A DNA stretch of 49,426 nt from Octopus bimaculoides (Eukaryota): NCBI RefSeq assembly GCF_001194135.2, contig NC_068983.1, positions 138,825,993-138,875,418 on the forward strand, read 5' to 3'. The notes under the pieces were generated by a model. It did no database searches. It was not told the origin of the DNA and saw only the letters and a list, made by a program, of their open reading frames with translations. How positions within the stretch are numbered: position 1 is the stretch's first letter; each line of letters starts with the position of its first letter. Of the stretch, positions 26,577-39,347 are shown in pieces. The translations under genes were made by a program, and so were the position numbers.

Positions 26577-28219
26577 GAGTGCAGACAATTCGTCGACAGA
26601 CAATTCGTCGACAGACAATTCGCTGATTGGAGAATTGGCTGATTGGACAATAAGTCGACATGCGAAAGTACCGATCATGGAGTTCATCAAAATTGAACGA
26701 TCAGGCAGAAAGCTTCTTTACAAAGGGTTCGCTTATATTACTGATAAAACCATAAAAGAAAAGACTAATTGGAGATGCGCAAATCGTAAACTCTGCAGTA
26801 CTAGACTTACGACGATTGATGATGAAATTAGCACAACTCTTTCTGAGCACGTATAACCACCTATGCCAATTGGAAATCATGCTGCAAACGTTAAGGAAAA
26901 AATAAAGCTTCTTGTTGGATGAGCTGAACAATTGCCGAGCTCTGTACTTGAAAGCTTAGCTTCCGATATCCCCTTGGGCGTTGCTGGAAGTTAACCGAAT
27001 ATCTTTTAAACCTGCAGTGCGACGAAAAAGACCAGTTATTAAAGAGGATGATTTGTATAAAACGTCAAAAAGTGATAATTTTGTTTTACTCTATAGAAAT
27101 AAAGAGGCTTCTATATTTGGTACTCTGAAAAATTTAGATATTCTATCCAAGAGAAGTGGGTGGTTTTGTGACGGAGCGTTTGATTGCATTCTTTTAGGTT
27201 AGCAATTATACACGATCCTTGCTCTAATTTATGAAAGTAAAACAGTGTCTCTACTTTATTGCATAACAAACAGTATATCTGAAGCAAATTATGATTTGCT
27301 ACTTAAATTTATTAAAGTAGAAAGGAATTTGAGTGTGAAATCAATTACAGTTGACTTTGAGAAAGCAGATATAAACAGCATTAAAAAATATTTTTCCTCA
27401 CCTTTTTGTGTTTGTATGTTTTTTCCTCTTCGGACAGTGTTTATGGCGCAAGATACATGCTACGGATTTACAAATGTATACCGAAGGAGAAAATGCATTT
27501 ATTATAAAACAACTGCAAGCGTTAGCTTTCGTACCACCTAATGATGTAGCTATTTTGTTTGAACAATTCCGTCATTCTTTAAGTACTCAAACTGATGAAA
27601 TTTTGGAGGAATTCCTGTCTTAATCTGAATGCACTTGGGTAGGAATCATGTAACGTGGTAGACGTCGACTACCACTATACGACATTTCTTTATGGTTGTG
27701 CTAAACCAGGGTTCTCAATGATATCCCGAAAACCAACAACGCTCTAGAAAGGTGGTACCATGCCTTCAGCAGAAGAGTTAACTTATCCAAATTAATTGAG
27801 ATGTTTGAGGTAGAACAGACACAAACCAAAATAAGAACAGAACAGGCAATAAAGTGACAAGGAAAAGCAAAAAGTACATTCGCTTTAATGAAAGACTTAA
27901 AATCATTGTTCTTAATTACGACTACGAAGCTGGGTTGGAAGTTCTAAAGGTATGTGACCATAATTGTATGTGATAACTTGATTTCTATTTGTAAGACGAA
28001 CAAAACGTTTTGTGCTTTTTTCGTATGTCAGCCTATTGTATGTAATATCTTTTTATAAAAGAATTGTTTTTGTAAGTCTAATAAAACATTTTCGTAATGT
28101 TTACTTTGTTTTTAAAAATGTTGACATATTATCATTTCGGCAAATTATCCAATCGGCCAATTGTCCTGTCTGTAATTTGTCTGACGGACAACTGTCTGTC
28201 GACGAATTGTCTGTCTACC
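26577..28219 (+). mobile_element. Mutator-like (MULE) DNA transposon
   Basis: TIRs built from CAGACAATTCGTCGA units (26582, 26597, 26612; inverted at 28199-28213); 9-bp TSD TTCAGAACA (26568-26576) / TTCAGGTCA (28220-28228). Confidence 0.9.
26677..27973 (+). pseudogene. FLYWCH-MULE transposase, disrupted
   Basis: FLYWCH-like LLYKGFAY...NWRCANRKLC; WFCDGAF; ITVDFEKA; CFFLFGQCLWRKI; LAFVPPNDV; TNNALERWYHAF. Confidence 0.88.
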
Positions 28220-28624
28220 TTCAGGTCAAACAAGAAAGGGAAGAAAATAATAATGTAGGACGAAGAAAGGATAGATAAAAAGATAGACAGAGTTTTCTTT
28301 TCAATCTGATGCGGTCACTTCATTGAAATTTCAATCCAAAGCATTTTTCGTTTTCGTCTTTATCCTTTTACACATTGCATACCTATCAGCATATTTGTAA
28401 ATAAACACATTTACTCACAAGAGCTGGTGACCTTCCAAAGATGTCAAATTTGGGAAGTTGGATGGAAGAAATAAGAAAAGTGGGGAGGGTGCGGTCATCT
28501 CTGAAAAATAAAAACAGAGTTCGAAGTTCAAACTCCTATGAAAATGTACATTCGTTTACACTGTATAGCTAAGTCCCATATTCTGTATAACTGCAAGTTT
28601 TGCATGAACAAACATTAAATATTA

Positions 28625-28706
28625 GTACAATATTCATAAATTTTGAAATGAATATTGGTACAATATTCATAAATTTGGAAATGAATATATGTACAATATT
28701 CATAAA
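28625..28706 (+). repeat. 33-bp minisatellite, ~2.5 copies
   Basis: GTACAATATTCATAAA at 28625, 28658, 28691; only one copy in the opposite palindrome arm. Confidence 0.85.
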
Positions 28707-30068
28707 CTAGGAAAATAAAATCAGAATATATATAGAAAAATAATCTGGAACTGTTTATAATTCATTCCAATTTCTATTTATAATCCAATCTATTCTCATT
28801 TAATCAAACCTCATAAATGAATTTTGTACGTATATTGTATACTTAGCTGATATATTGTATATTATCTGTAGGATATAAATTGTATAATAATGCAGGGCTT
28901 GCTTGAATATATTTTATTTTAGTATTTTTCATCCTGTTGTGGGATTTCATTTCCTTTTTCTTGCTTGCTTGGATAAGAGAATCCAAAAGAGATCCTTTTC
29001 ATGAATTACTTCGCCAAGTAGCTACATTAGATATCTTTCCTAATCAGTGGTAAAATGGTTTTAGTCTTCTTTCTTGGGTATATGTAAATTCTATAAGAAC
29101 AACAGCTGTCAAAATCCCGATGTTATATATATGTATCTCATCATTTATAGAGATGAGTATCACGTTGTAAACACAGGAGCCACATTCAGAAACAACAAAA
29201 ACAGTGTAATATAAATGTTTTCTCTTCATCCATCATCATAACTATTAAAACATAATAATAAAAATGTAGTTCCTCTGCTTCTCATTCAAACATTTAATGT
29301 GATACTCATCTCTATAAATGATCATATATATATATATATATATTGGTATTTTGACAACTGCTGTTCTTATAAAACTTATATATACCAGAGAAAGAATACT
29401 AGAAACATTTTACCTCTGATTAGGAAAGATATCTAATGTAGCTACTTGGCAAAGTAGTTCGTGAAAAGATTTCTTTTGAATTCTCTTATCCAAGCGAGCA
29501 AGACAAGAAAATGAAATTCTACAAAAGGATGGAAGATACTAAAAAAATATATATATATTTAAGCAGGCCCTGCTTTATAATATAATTTTATCCTTCAGAG
29601 TGGCTTCCAGCTAAATATACAATATACGTACAAAACCCATTTATGAGGTTTGATTACATGTACATAGAAGATAGATTAAATAATGAACGATATCACATTA
29701 TTTTTTTTTTACATTCAGACTTTATTTGCCTAATTTATGAATATTGTACTGATATTTAATGTTTGTTCATGCAAAACATACAGTTATACAGAATATGGGA
29801 CTTGGCTATACAGTGTATGCATTTTCATAGGATTCTGAGCTCTTTTTTCTTATTTTTCAGTGATGTCTGCGCCCTCTCCGTTTTCTTATTTCTTCCACCC
29901 TACTTCTTAAAGTTGGAAAGGTCACATGCCCTTGTGAGAAAACATGTTTATTTACAAATATGTTGATAGGTATATAATGGGAAAAAAGAAAAAAAGAAAG
30001 GAGAAAGAAGAAAGGAAATGCTTTGTAATGAATTGACCACATCTAATTGAAACGAAACGTCTCTCTCT

Positions 30069-30085
30069 AGATCGGAAGAGCACAC
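30069..30085 (+). other. Illumina adapter remnant at contig end (artefact)
   Basis: AGATCGGAAGAGCACAC immediately before the N gap. Confidence 0.97.
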
Positions 30086-30589
30086 NNNNNNNNNNNNNNN
30101 NNNNNNNNNNNNNNNNNNNNNNNNNNNNNNNNNNNNNNNNNNNNNNNNNNNNNNNNNNNNNNNNNNNNNNNNNNNNNNNNNNNNNNNNNNNNNNNNNNNN
30201 NNNNNNNNNNNNNNNNNNNNNNNNNNNNNNNNNNNNNNATATAGCCTTCCCTCATCCTTTATTATTATTTTTCTCCTCTTTTTTGATTGTCTTGAAATCT
30301 CTCTATCTATTTTCCCTCTTTGCTTTACTTTTTCTCTTCCCCCTTATCCAAACAAGAAAAAAAAACAATATTCTCCTCTTCTAAGCAAAGCAGAAAAAAC
30401 ATCCGATTCTTGTAAAGGAACAACGAAACGTTCTGTTTTTACCATTTTGATTTTGTCTTGGCGACTTCGAAATATGAACGAAAGCGTTAATAAAGGATTA
30501 TCTAAAATTCTGACTGCCTCGTTTTTCTTAATATTTTGCTTATCGAATAGAAGTACAAGCTTGGTGCTTGGCACAAATGAGACCACTAA

Positions 30590-31170
30590 AATTTACAATA
30601 CGAAAGTCGTTCAACCCTATGGCTGCAATATGTTGATGACACCTTTATTCTCTGGCACCACCAGGAAGATGTCCAAGTGCGGTTAGATCATGTGAACTCA
30701 ATAAAGCCATCCATACAGTTCACAATGGAAAAGGAAAAGGGCAATCTGCTAGCATTCCTGAACGTATTAATAACATGCACCAAGTATGGATTCAGGACAT
30801 CCGTACACCGCAAGCTGACCTTCACTGGACGATACCTTAGCTTGAGCAAAGAATATAAGTAGCGATCGTGGTACCCACAACGAAGAAATCATCAAGCTCA
30901 GTAACAATCTATTACGCAACAACTACCACAAAACCATACTATCTACTCCAATCATAAAGAAGAGAGAGAGGAGGAAACCAATAAACTGTCTACAGACTGT
31001 CTACCCTATAATAATAATTACAACATCGAAGAATACCTTAGGAATGAGAGCCCAGGTTCGAAATTTTCCCAAGACATCTGAGGAAGGCTGGAGGGTATAT
31101 CAGCCGAAACGTTGTGTTAACAACAAACAAGATGAGGACAAATATCTATCAAATATAGATAATATAAACT
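30590..31170 (+). mobile_element. Penelope-like element: RT C-terminal fragment + pLTR
   Basis: WLQYVDDTFILW (from 30620, in frame with 30677) ...LDHVNSIKPSIQFTMEKE...LAFLNVLI...SVHRKLTFTGRYL; then ...LLRNNY...CLPYI; then terminal repeat. Confidence 0.9.
31071..31118 (+). ncRNA. Minimal type I hammerhead ribozyme motif, copy 2
   Basis: Stem I GACAT/GTGTT; CTGAGGA (31078-31084); stem II GGCTG/CAGCC; GAAA (31106-31109); ACGT palindromic helix III; GUU. Confidence 0.72.
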
Positions 31171-32123
31171 CTGAAATATAGAACTGAGATAAGAGATATT
31201 CAATAATGTATATATCTCTCAGGATGTATCATACATCAACTATGAAAATGCTTTAAATACGTCTCTACAAGAAAGGAGATATGAGTAACTGTTTATAAAA
31301 AAGGATATTCGAAACGAGAATTTGGTAAGTTTCTGCGCTATCGCATGTCTTTATATTGTTCAGTATTGTGAATTATCTCTCATATTGGTTATTTTGCGAT
31401 TTCAGTAGACTTGAATTCCGGTGAACTGCGGAGTTGATGATTTATTCAATATATGTTATTTTCCTTTCAGATCATTCTCGGTCGTAGCAGTGACAGTAAC
31501 TGTACCGTTAATAAGTTCCCTAAAATGTCGTTGAGAGATGAGTAAATCTGATAATTGTGTTTTTCGGCGTTATTTTCATAAAGATTTCATTGTGATTTCA
31601 AAGTTTTGGGAGTATAATTGTCTAATTACATTGGTTTGTGCTATGGTTAATATATACAATTTAATATTTAACATAAAATATCATAATATACCTTGAATAT
31701 AATGTAAAATTACATCGTCAATTTTGTCAGGTATTATTTAACACCGTATTTCAAAGCAAAATATGTTTTACATCATTCTGTCACTCTGGTCATCATTCAT
31801 ATCATGAAACACCTCATATATATAAAGGCTTCTTTCTCCGAGGATACTTCTTTATAATTTTGTAGTAATTATATTCACACCAATTCCTATGCTTCCATGT
31901 AAAGGGCAACGTGATGATCGATAGTATTCTAAATCATATGTATTCCATGATCGTTTCGTGTGCGAGCATAATCATTTCTATTTTCTTCTTATGTATACTA
32001 GATATGACTGATAAAGTCCAATGTTTCTCTGAGCAAATTTAGAGCAACTGCTGGTAATATTTCTCTGTCAAATTTACAAACTTCCATTGACCCTATATTA
32101 GGTATTTTGTAAGGTGTAAAGCC

Positions 32124-32404
32124 CATATTCGGTCATAAATGTCCATGGAACTGCACCTCCGAGACACCTGATTGTTTTTGGAAGACCAGCAGTCGCCCAT
32201 GCATACCAACCACCCTTATCCAAGGGAAAGGCAAAGGCCGATACAACTTAGTACCGGTGACATTGCAACTCATTTCTACAGCAGAGTGATTTGGAGCAAT
32301 ATGAAATAAATTTTCTTGCTCAACAACACAGGATACAGCCTGGGTCCAAGAATCAAACTCACTACCTTATGCTTGTGAGCTCGACGATCTAACCACCGAG
32401 TTAT
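32124..32404 (-). mobile_element. tRNA-derived SINE with CORE-like segment
   Basis: Homologous to 46797-47113 (TTGAGCAAG, GCCTTTCCCTTGGATAA, ATGCATGGGCGACTGCTGGTCTTCCA). Confidence 0.8.
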
Positions 32405-33724
32405 AAACACCGAACCATATTTTAAAACCATTTTATTTTTGTGTATCTGCTATTCCATCGAAGCTATAGGGATACAGGTCTTTCAATTCGGGAATATTGT
32501 AAGAATTATATTTTCCGACGAAATTTTCAGATATCTGTTTTTGTTGGGCTAAGTATTCGAAAGGTTTCGAATCGTTTATGTTAAATATTGTAAAAGCAAT
32601 ATCATAGACACCGTTAGAGAATCAATATCTCATGCTGATCTTATTTGTCTTCCAATGATTATAGCATTGAATATATTACAGATGAATTTCTGTGGTTGTT
32701 GATAATGGAATTAGCGATGTAACGTTTGTGCGAATGCTTATTCAATTCATATTCTTGTCAGATTTTATGAATATCTGGTTTGAATTTGTAATGTCACACT
32801 ATTTGGAATTATCTCTGGAACGCTTTATTGGTTTTCCTGAATTTGATATTTTGAATTAACGAAGTTAGTTCATCTTAAAAGGATTGAAACACAGGTATTT
32901 ATTGTATATTAATCTATTTCTAGTTACAATTTGGATTAACTTCTTTATCGAAAACATTTACTTGCCAGCACATGCTTCTATTAAAATTATCCGGTTACAT
33001 TCTTTCTAAATAGTTTTATTTGTTAGTTTGCATATATTCTTTTGTCAAAATATCAATTCATTGCTTCAGCATATTTTGACCAATGGCCGTCAGAGGGTTC
33101 AACATAGGGAAGTTTAATTTATTTTCATAAACTGTCTAAGAGGCACTACATTTTTATCACAAGGATTCTAAAATTATCTTAAATTAATCAAAACTTACAT
33201 ATAAATAAACTTGGGTCTCTCTGAATCGAAAGTAGCCAATCAGTAAAGCAGTTTCGGCAATATCGCGTAATTAAAAAAGCACCCAGCTTCTGCGGCTTTT
33301 TCTTGCCAATGAAATACATATTACTTCCTGTTTCTGTACATTTGGACAGTATTGCCTAATTTAGCATTCATTTGAAACAAAACTAATGAGTTATTGTGTA
33401 GTCAGTAATGAAAGAACTAAACATTTATGAGAAACATCGAAATAAACAAATAGTGCAGTATGAAATAACTTTTGACTTGTTCCCCTCGGAATACATAAAA
33501 CATATTTTTTCTGTGACATTAAAATAATAATAGTTATCGCAATTTTGGAATAATAGTAGAATTTATATTGCACGGCGAAAGTTAAAGATTGAGAGAGGAA
33601 ATAAAAGAGAATATACTCACAGTAAATGGAAAATTTAGGCAGTTTTCTGAGAGGTTTCAGTAAAATGCATAATGCATTATTGTCTAAAATTTCGAATATT
33701 ATATATAGTTTCCTTAACATCATC

Positions 33725-33757
<33 letters not shown>

Positions 33758-33872
33758 NNNNNNNNNNAGAGAGAGAGAGAGAGAGAGTGAGAGAGAGAGA
33801 AAGTGAGTGAGTGAGAGAGAGAAAGTGAGTGAGTGAGAGAGAGAGAGTGAGAGAGAGAGGAATGGCTGTGGT

Positions 33873-34033
33873 GGGCGCTTGAGTGGCTACGTGGTACGTA
33901 GCTTGCTGACCAACCACATGGCTCCTGTTTCAGTCCTACTGCGTGGCACTTTGAGCAAGTGTCTTCTACTATAGCTGAGGGTCGACCAAATCCTTGTGAG
34001 TGGATCTTGCAGACGGAAACTGAAGGAAGCCTG
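33873..34033 (+). mobile_element. tRNA-derived SINE, 5' half
   Basis: AACCACATGG...TTCAGTCC...GAGCAAGTGTCTTCTACTATAGC...CCTTGTGAGTGGAT...GACGGAAACTGA; same family as 39124, 43597, 48142. Confidence 0.8.
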
Positions 34034-34057
34034 TTTTATATATATATATATATATAT

Positions 34058-34208
34058 CATCATCATCATCATCATCATCGTTTAACGTCCGCTTTCCATG
34101 CTAGCATGGGTTGGACGATTTGACTGAGGACTGGTGAAACCGGATGGCAACACCAGGCTCCAGTCTGATTTGGCAGAGTTTCTACAGCTGGATGCCCTTC
34201 CTAACGCC
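34058..34208 (-). mobile_element. RTE-type LINE/SINE 3' end with (GAT)n tail
   Basis: TTTCTACAGCTGGATGCCCTTCCTAACGCC next to (CAT)n; I recall this motif from RTE-related 3' ends; truncated by a gap. Confidence 0.6.
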
Positions 34209-35176
34209 NNNNNNNNNNNNNNNNNNNNNNNNNNNNNNNNNNNNNNNNNNNNNNNNNNNNNNNNNNNNNNNNNNNNNNNNNNNNNNNNNNNNNNNNNNNN
34301 NNNNNNNNNNNNNNNNNNNNNNNNNNNNNNNNNNNNNNNNNNNNNNNNNNNNNNNNNNNNNNNNNNNNNNNNNNNNNNNNNNNNNNNNNNNNNNNNNNNN
34401 NNNNNNNNNNNNNNNNNNNNNNNNNNNNNNNNNNNNNNNNNNNNNNNNNNNNNNNNNNNNNNNNNNNNNNNNNNNNNNNNNNNNNNNNNNNNNNNNNNNN
34501 NNNNNNNNNNNNNNNNNNNNNNNNNNNNNNNNNNNNNNNNNNNNNNNNNNNNNNNNNNNNNNNNNNNNNNNNNNNNNNNNNNNNNNNNNNNNNNNNNNNN
34601 NNNNNNNNNNNNNNNNNNNNNNNNNNNNNNNNNNNNNNNNNNNNNNNNNNNNNNNNNNNNNNNNNNNNNNNNNNNNNNNNNNNNNNNNNNNNNNNNNNNN
34701 NNNNNNNNNNNNNNNNNNNNNNNNNNNNNNNNNNNNNNNNNNNNNNNNNNNNNNNNNNNNNNNNNNNNNNNNNNNNNNNNNNNNNNNNNNNNNNNNNNNN
34801 NNNNNNNNNNNNNNNNNNNNNNNNNNNNNNNNNNNNNNNNNNNNNNNNNNNNNNNNNNNNNNNNNNNNNNNNNNNNNNNNNNNNNNNNNNNNNNNNNNNN
34901 NNNNNNNNNNNNNNNNNNNNNNNNNNNNNNNNNNNNNNNNNNNNNNNNNNNNNNNNNNNNNNNNNNNNNNNNNNNNNNNNNNNNNNNNNNNNNNNNNNNN
35001 NNNNNNNNNNNNNNNNNNNNNNNNNNNNNNNNNNNNNNNNNNNNNNNNNNNNNNNNNNNNNNNNNNNNNNNNNNNNNNNNNNNNNNNNNNNNNNNNNNNN
35101 NNNNNNNNNNNNNNNNNNNNNNNNNNNNNNNNNNNNNNNNNNNNNNNNNNNNNNNNNNNNNNNNNNNNNNNNNNNN

Positions 35177-35212
<36 letters not shown>

Positions 35213-36499
35213 ATTTTCGGGGCTAACCAACACTGAAGAAATGATGGTAATTGGAGTGCAAATGTAGTAGTGGAGTTTATTTGTTAAATGAAGGCGGTCA
35301 CTTTTTACTTATTGTTTTAAGAGGAAGAAATAGCAGGTTCGTACTATTACTATGTGAAATAGAAGGAAGACTTTAACTTCTTAAACATGTTTTTGTTTCT
35401 TGGAAATAGCAATGGTGTTTCAGTTTTTAATATGATAGTAAAATGACATTGTGTATGAATTTTTAAAAATTTCATTTTACCATGATATCTTTCATATTCC
35501 TTCATCGCAGAGCCATCTTTACATTGATTCTAAATTGTAAGCACTAAATTTGTGGAAATAAAAGACAAGGAAAATTTTATAACCTATAAAACTGGGAAAA
35601 ATTAATGTCATGCAAAGTTCCACGCAATACAAGATTATCCAGAAGACGCTTATACTTTACGTACCACTATTGTTACTTTATAAATGAACGATGATTTAAA
35701 ACTTTACAAACATGCATCCCCTCTTGCAGTCATGCTTTGAGTAGTAATGTTGTCTTACTAGCAGGTAACACTGTTAATTTTATTCATAGTGATATCACAA
35801 TCAAACAATCCAATGCAGCTAGTATTCTACATCCACTTAGAATTGAAACCACTGGGAATTGACCGTTAAGTTATTGATGCCGGTGTTAAATTAATTAATG
35901 TCAGATATTGTTCCCTACTTCTATTTTACTGTGACTAAAAATTCGTCATGATTACATAAAGAAACAGGCATCAGAAGATGCCAGCAAGATAATGGTATAT
36001 ATCCTGAAAGAGGAAGGGCAGGAGAGACAAACTATATTATGATTATCAATTAAAAAGGGCCTAAAATAGAAAACAAAGGAGGTCACAATTAGATCTAAGT
36101 GGGCATTAATGGTAAAGGGGGAAAACTGTATGTCCAAATTAAGCAAAAACTTATATATTATTGTATTTTGTATATTAAATAATAAAATTTAGAAAGGGAT
36201 TTAAGGATCAAGTAAGAGAAGATGGATAGATAAACCAATCTAAGCCCTAAAAAGTGGATTATTTCACATAAAACAAAACCCTCATAATGGTTCATCTGAA
36301 CGTAATGTTCAGGTGGTTCCGATAACACTATTCACAATGAACCCATTAACAAATCCAGATATCAGTTGAAAAGGTGTACACGTTTTCTGTTGACTGAAAA
36401 CCAAAGATAAAGGGCAAAAAATAACTCAATCAATTCTATAACAGATAAAAATACCATACATACATACATACATACATATACATATGAACNNNNNNNNNN

Positions 36500-36548
<49 letters not shown>

Positions 36549-36752
36549 AAAAAAGGCATATATGCAATAAGACCTTTACATCATTCTTACTTATTTGCTT
36601 TTTATACACTTAACTTCAAGCAGTGCGGACAATACCGGACTGACTTGGTGCCTCAACTTAAGTACCTAATTCAACTGAATCTTGATTATATCCCTCTCTT
36701 TCTCTCTGTCCCTCTCTCTCTCTCTCTCTTATATATATATATATATGTGTGT

Positions 36753-36788
<36 letters not shown>

Positions 36789-36839
36789 ATAAGNNNNNNN
36801 NNNNNNNNNNNNNNNNNNNNNNNNNNNNNNNNNNNNNNN

Positions 36840-36890
<51 letters not shown>

Positions 36891-37477
36891 CGTATTTTAT
36901 CTATACGTTCTTACATGCGTATACACATGTACATAAGTAATTCAAGCCATGGACACATGTTCCATCATACAAACATAGATTTATGTGTGCTTTTCATTTA
37001 CGCTTTGCGAAAATCTCTTGCAGCCTTTCTCCTTTAAGCAATACTTCTTAACTATGTACGTCTAGTTTATTCCAACACGATATCATTTCTCTCTCGTTTA
37101 TCGACTAAAAAGAAGCATTGTTAACAATGATTTTATCGTGAAGAATTCTAGAATTCCGCTAGTGATAACCTTTATATAGTAGTCAATTTTTCATGTGAAT
37201 ATCCATGTCTCCAATCATATATTTCAAAACAAGTTTGAAGTGATTGTCATGCAACAGGAAATCCCGACATTTTCTTTGTAGCCAACTAACTAGATGACGT
37301 ATTTACTCTGACATTGAAAGTAGCAAATGGTAGAATTTCTGACATGATTTACAATGGCGCTCTTGTTTTCAATTCTTTGGAAATCAGCTTTGTCACTTCA
37401 TTCGTCTGAGAAGATAATATTCTGATAAGCATTGTATTTAATTTTGTTTATGATTCAAAGAAACAACAGAATATACG

Positions 37478-37524
<47 letters not shown>

Positions 37525-38668
37525 NNNNNNNNNNNNNNNNNNNNNNNNNNNNNNNNNNNNNNNNNNNNNNNNNNNNNNNNNNNNNNNNNNNNNNNNNNNN
37601 NNNNNNNNNNNNNNNNNNNNNNNNNNNNNNNNNNNNNNNNNNNNNNNNNNNNNNNNNNNNNNNNNNNNNNNNNNNNNNNNNNNNNNNNNNNNNNNNNNNN
37701 NNNNNNNNNNNNNNNNNNNNNNNNNNNNNNNNNNNNNNNNNNNNNNNNNNNNNNNNNNNNNNNNNNNNNNNNNNNNNNNNNNNNNNATATACAGAGGTAT
37801 ACATAATACATATATGGGGAATGCATGTCTGCGTGTGGGGCTGTTAATGAGAATGGGTTGGGGATGTATAAACATATATAAGATATTACCCAATCTATGT
37901 ATCTATCACTATCTGTATGCATTGAGAGAGAGAGGGGGGAAAGAAACACTGAGCCGTTATTGATGACAAAACAGTCTTAGATTTTAATCCATTTTATTCA
38001 AGATTTTTCCTGATTCCATATTAGTCTTTTGTTCTTTTATGTTTAGAGTAGGACATTAATTTTCCTTACTCCATTGATGTTTCAAGAAACTTTTGATCTC
38101 TTATTCTGAATGTAATGGTTTGGTAGTGCGCTGCTCTATGATTTATAAGCAACTAGTGATCATGGGAACGATGTTGCCTCTGATAAAGTCGTCATTGCCA
38201 GATAAATAACATCAATGGTTAATTCTTGGCTGCTATCATACATTATTGCACATTTCGTGATTCTGTGTCAAAGATTGGTATGTATTTTCTATTAAAGTAC
38301 GTCCCATAGGTGACCTAGATATTTGGAGGATTTCACGTATCATGGCGCAACATTCGATTAATGCCTATTTCTTTCGACTATACTTTCATGTCCTTTATGA
38401 TGTGCTGCAACGGATCCCTATAGATCCCCATAGTCAAATAACAAGAGCGTGTCGTTCTTTTGCATCCTATGTAGCATACCATTTCATGAAATTTATTATT
38501 TACCGTTCGCTGTAGAGCGTACTACGCGACGTTGTTATATTATTTAAACATGTAAACATTTTTCAAAAACATCGAATATACATAAAATACTTAATTTACA
38601 TGTCTATGTATGTATGTATGTATGTATGTATGTATGTATGTATGTATGTATCTATCTATCTATCTCTC

Positions 38669-38716
<48 letters not shown>

Positions 38717-39123
38717 ATTATCTATCTATCTACATGCATGCATACGTACAAATATAGGCATGTACACACATACACATGCACGTACTATATATTGTTTAAT
38801 TATATAATTTATAAAGCGTTATGTAGCTAAAGTTGAAGTGCTATGAAATAGCGGGAACTTGGCATGGCAGAAGAAAGTGATATAGAGAATATACTTTGGA
38901 AACAACCACTTTATCAATGTTATTTAAAATCGAGCAAGTATGCTCTCCAAAAGTTAGAATGTCTGGCTTAGCACATACACGTAGCCCGACACCTCTATCT
39001 GTCGTAAGCGAGAAAATCGTGGTATGTCTGCAATTGAAAAGGTGTTTGGTGGGTTGGGCATGGTTGTAATTTCATTATTGGGAGGACACACATTCACACG
39101 CACAAACATACACATTTATAGGT

Positions 39124-39262
39124 AGGCGTAGGATTCGCTCTGAGGTAAGAAGCTTATTTCCCAACTACATGGTTCAGGGTTCAGTCTCACTGCGTAGAAA
39201 CTTGGGTTAGTAGCCACTTCTATAGCTTCGGGCCGATCAAAACCTTGTGAGTGGATTTGGTA
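39124..39262 (+). mobile_element. tRNA-derived SINE, 5' half
   Basis: GGTAAGAAGCTT...GGGTTCAGTCTCACTGCG...CCTTGTGAGTGGATTTGGTA, then (TA)n and a gap. Confidence 0.8.
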
Positions 39263-39284
39263 ATATGTATACATACATACATCC

Positions 39285-39347
<63 letters not shown>

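Larger units (their letters stand above)
26340..30518. repeat. Large diverged inverted repeat: left arm 26340-26576 + 28229-29163, spacer 29164-29298, right arm 29299-30518
   Basis: Collinear reverse-complement matches along the arms, e.g. perfect 24-mer 29140-29163 vs 29299-29322; 28557-28640 vs ~29730-29817; 26396-26576 vs ~30288-30460. Confidence 0.9.

Noticed and set aside
26582-26626. CRISPR-like direct repeats
   Set aside because: Units are contiguous with no spacers and are part of the MULE TIR; eukaryotic context, no cas genes.
31224-31540. Exon-like block with CAG acceptor, GTAAGT donor at 31324 and an acceptor near 31470
   Set aside because: Stops in all three frames; isolated splice-like motifs are common by chance.
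33230-33335. Promoter-like cluster (AGCCAATCAG, second CCAAT, CTTCCTG)
   Set aside because: No downstream gene or TSS evidence; short motifs are expected by chance in 49 kb.
34082-35233. Longest ORFs (383, 381, 360 aa etc.)
   Set aside because: They run through N gaps.
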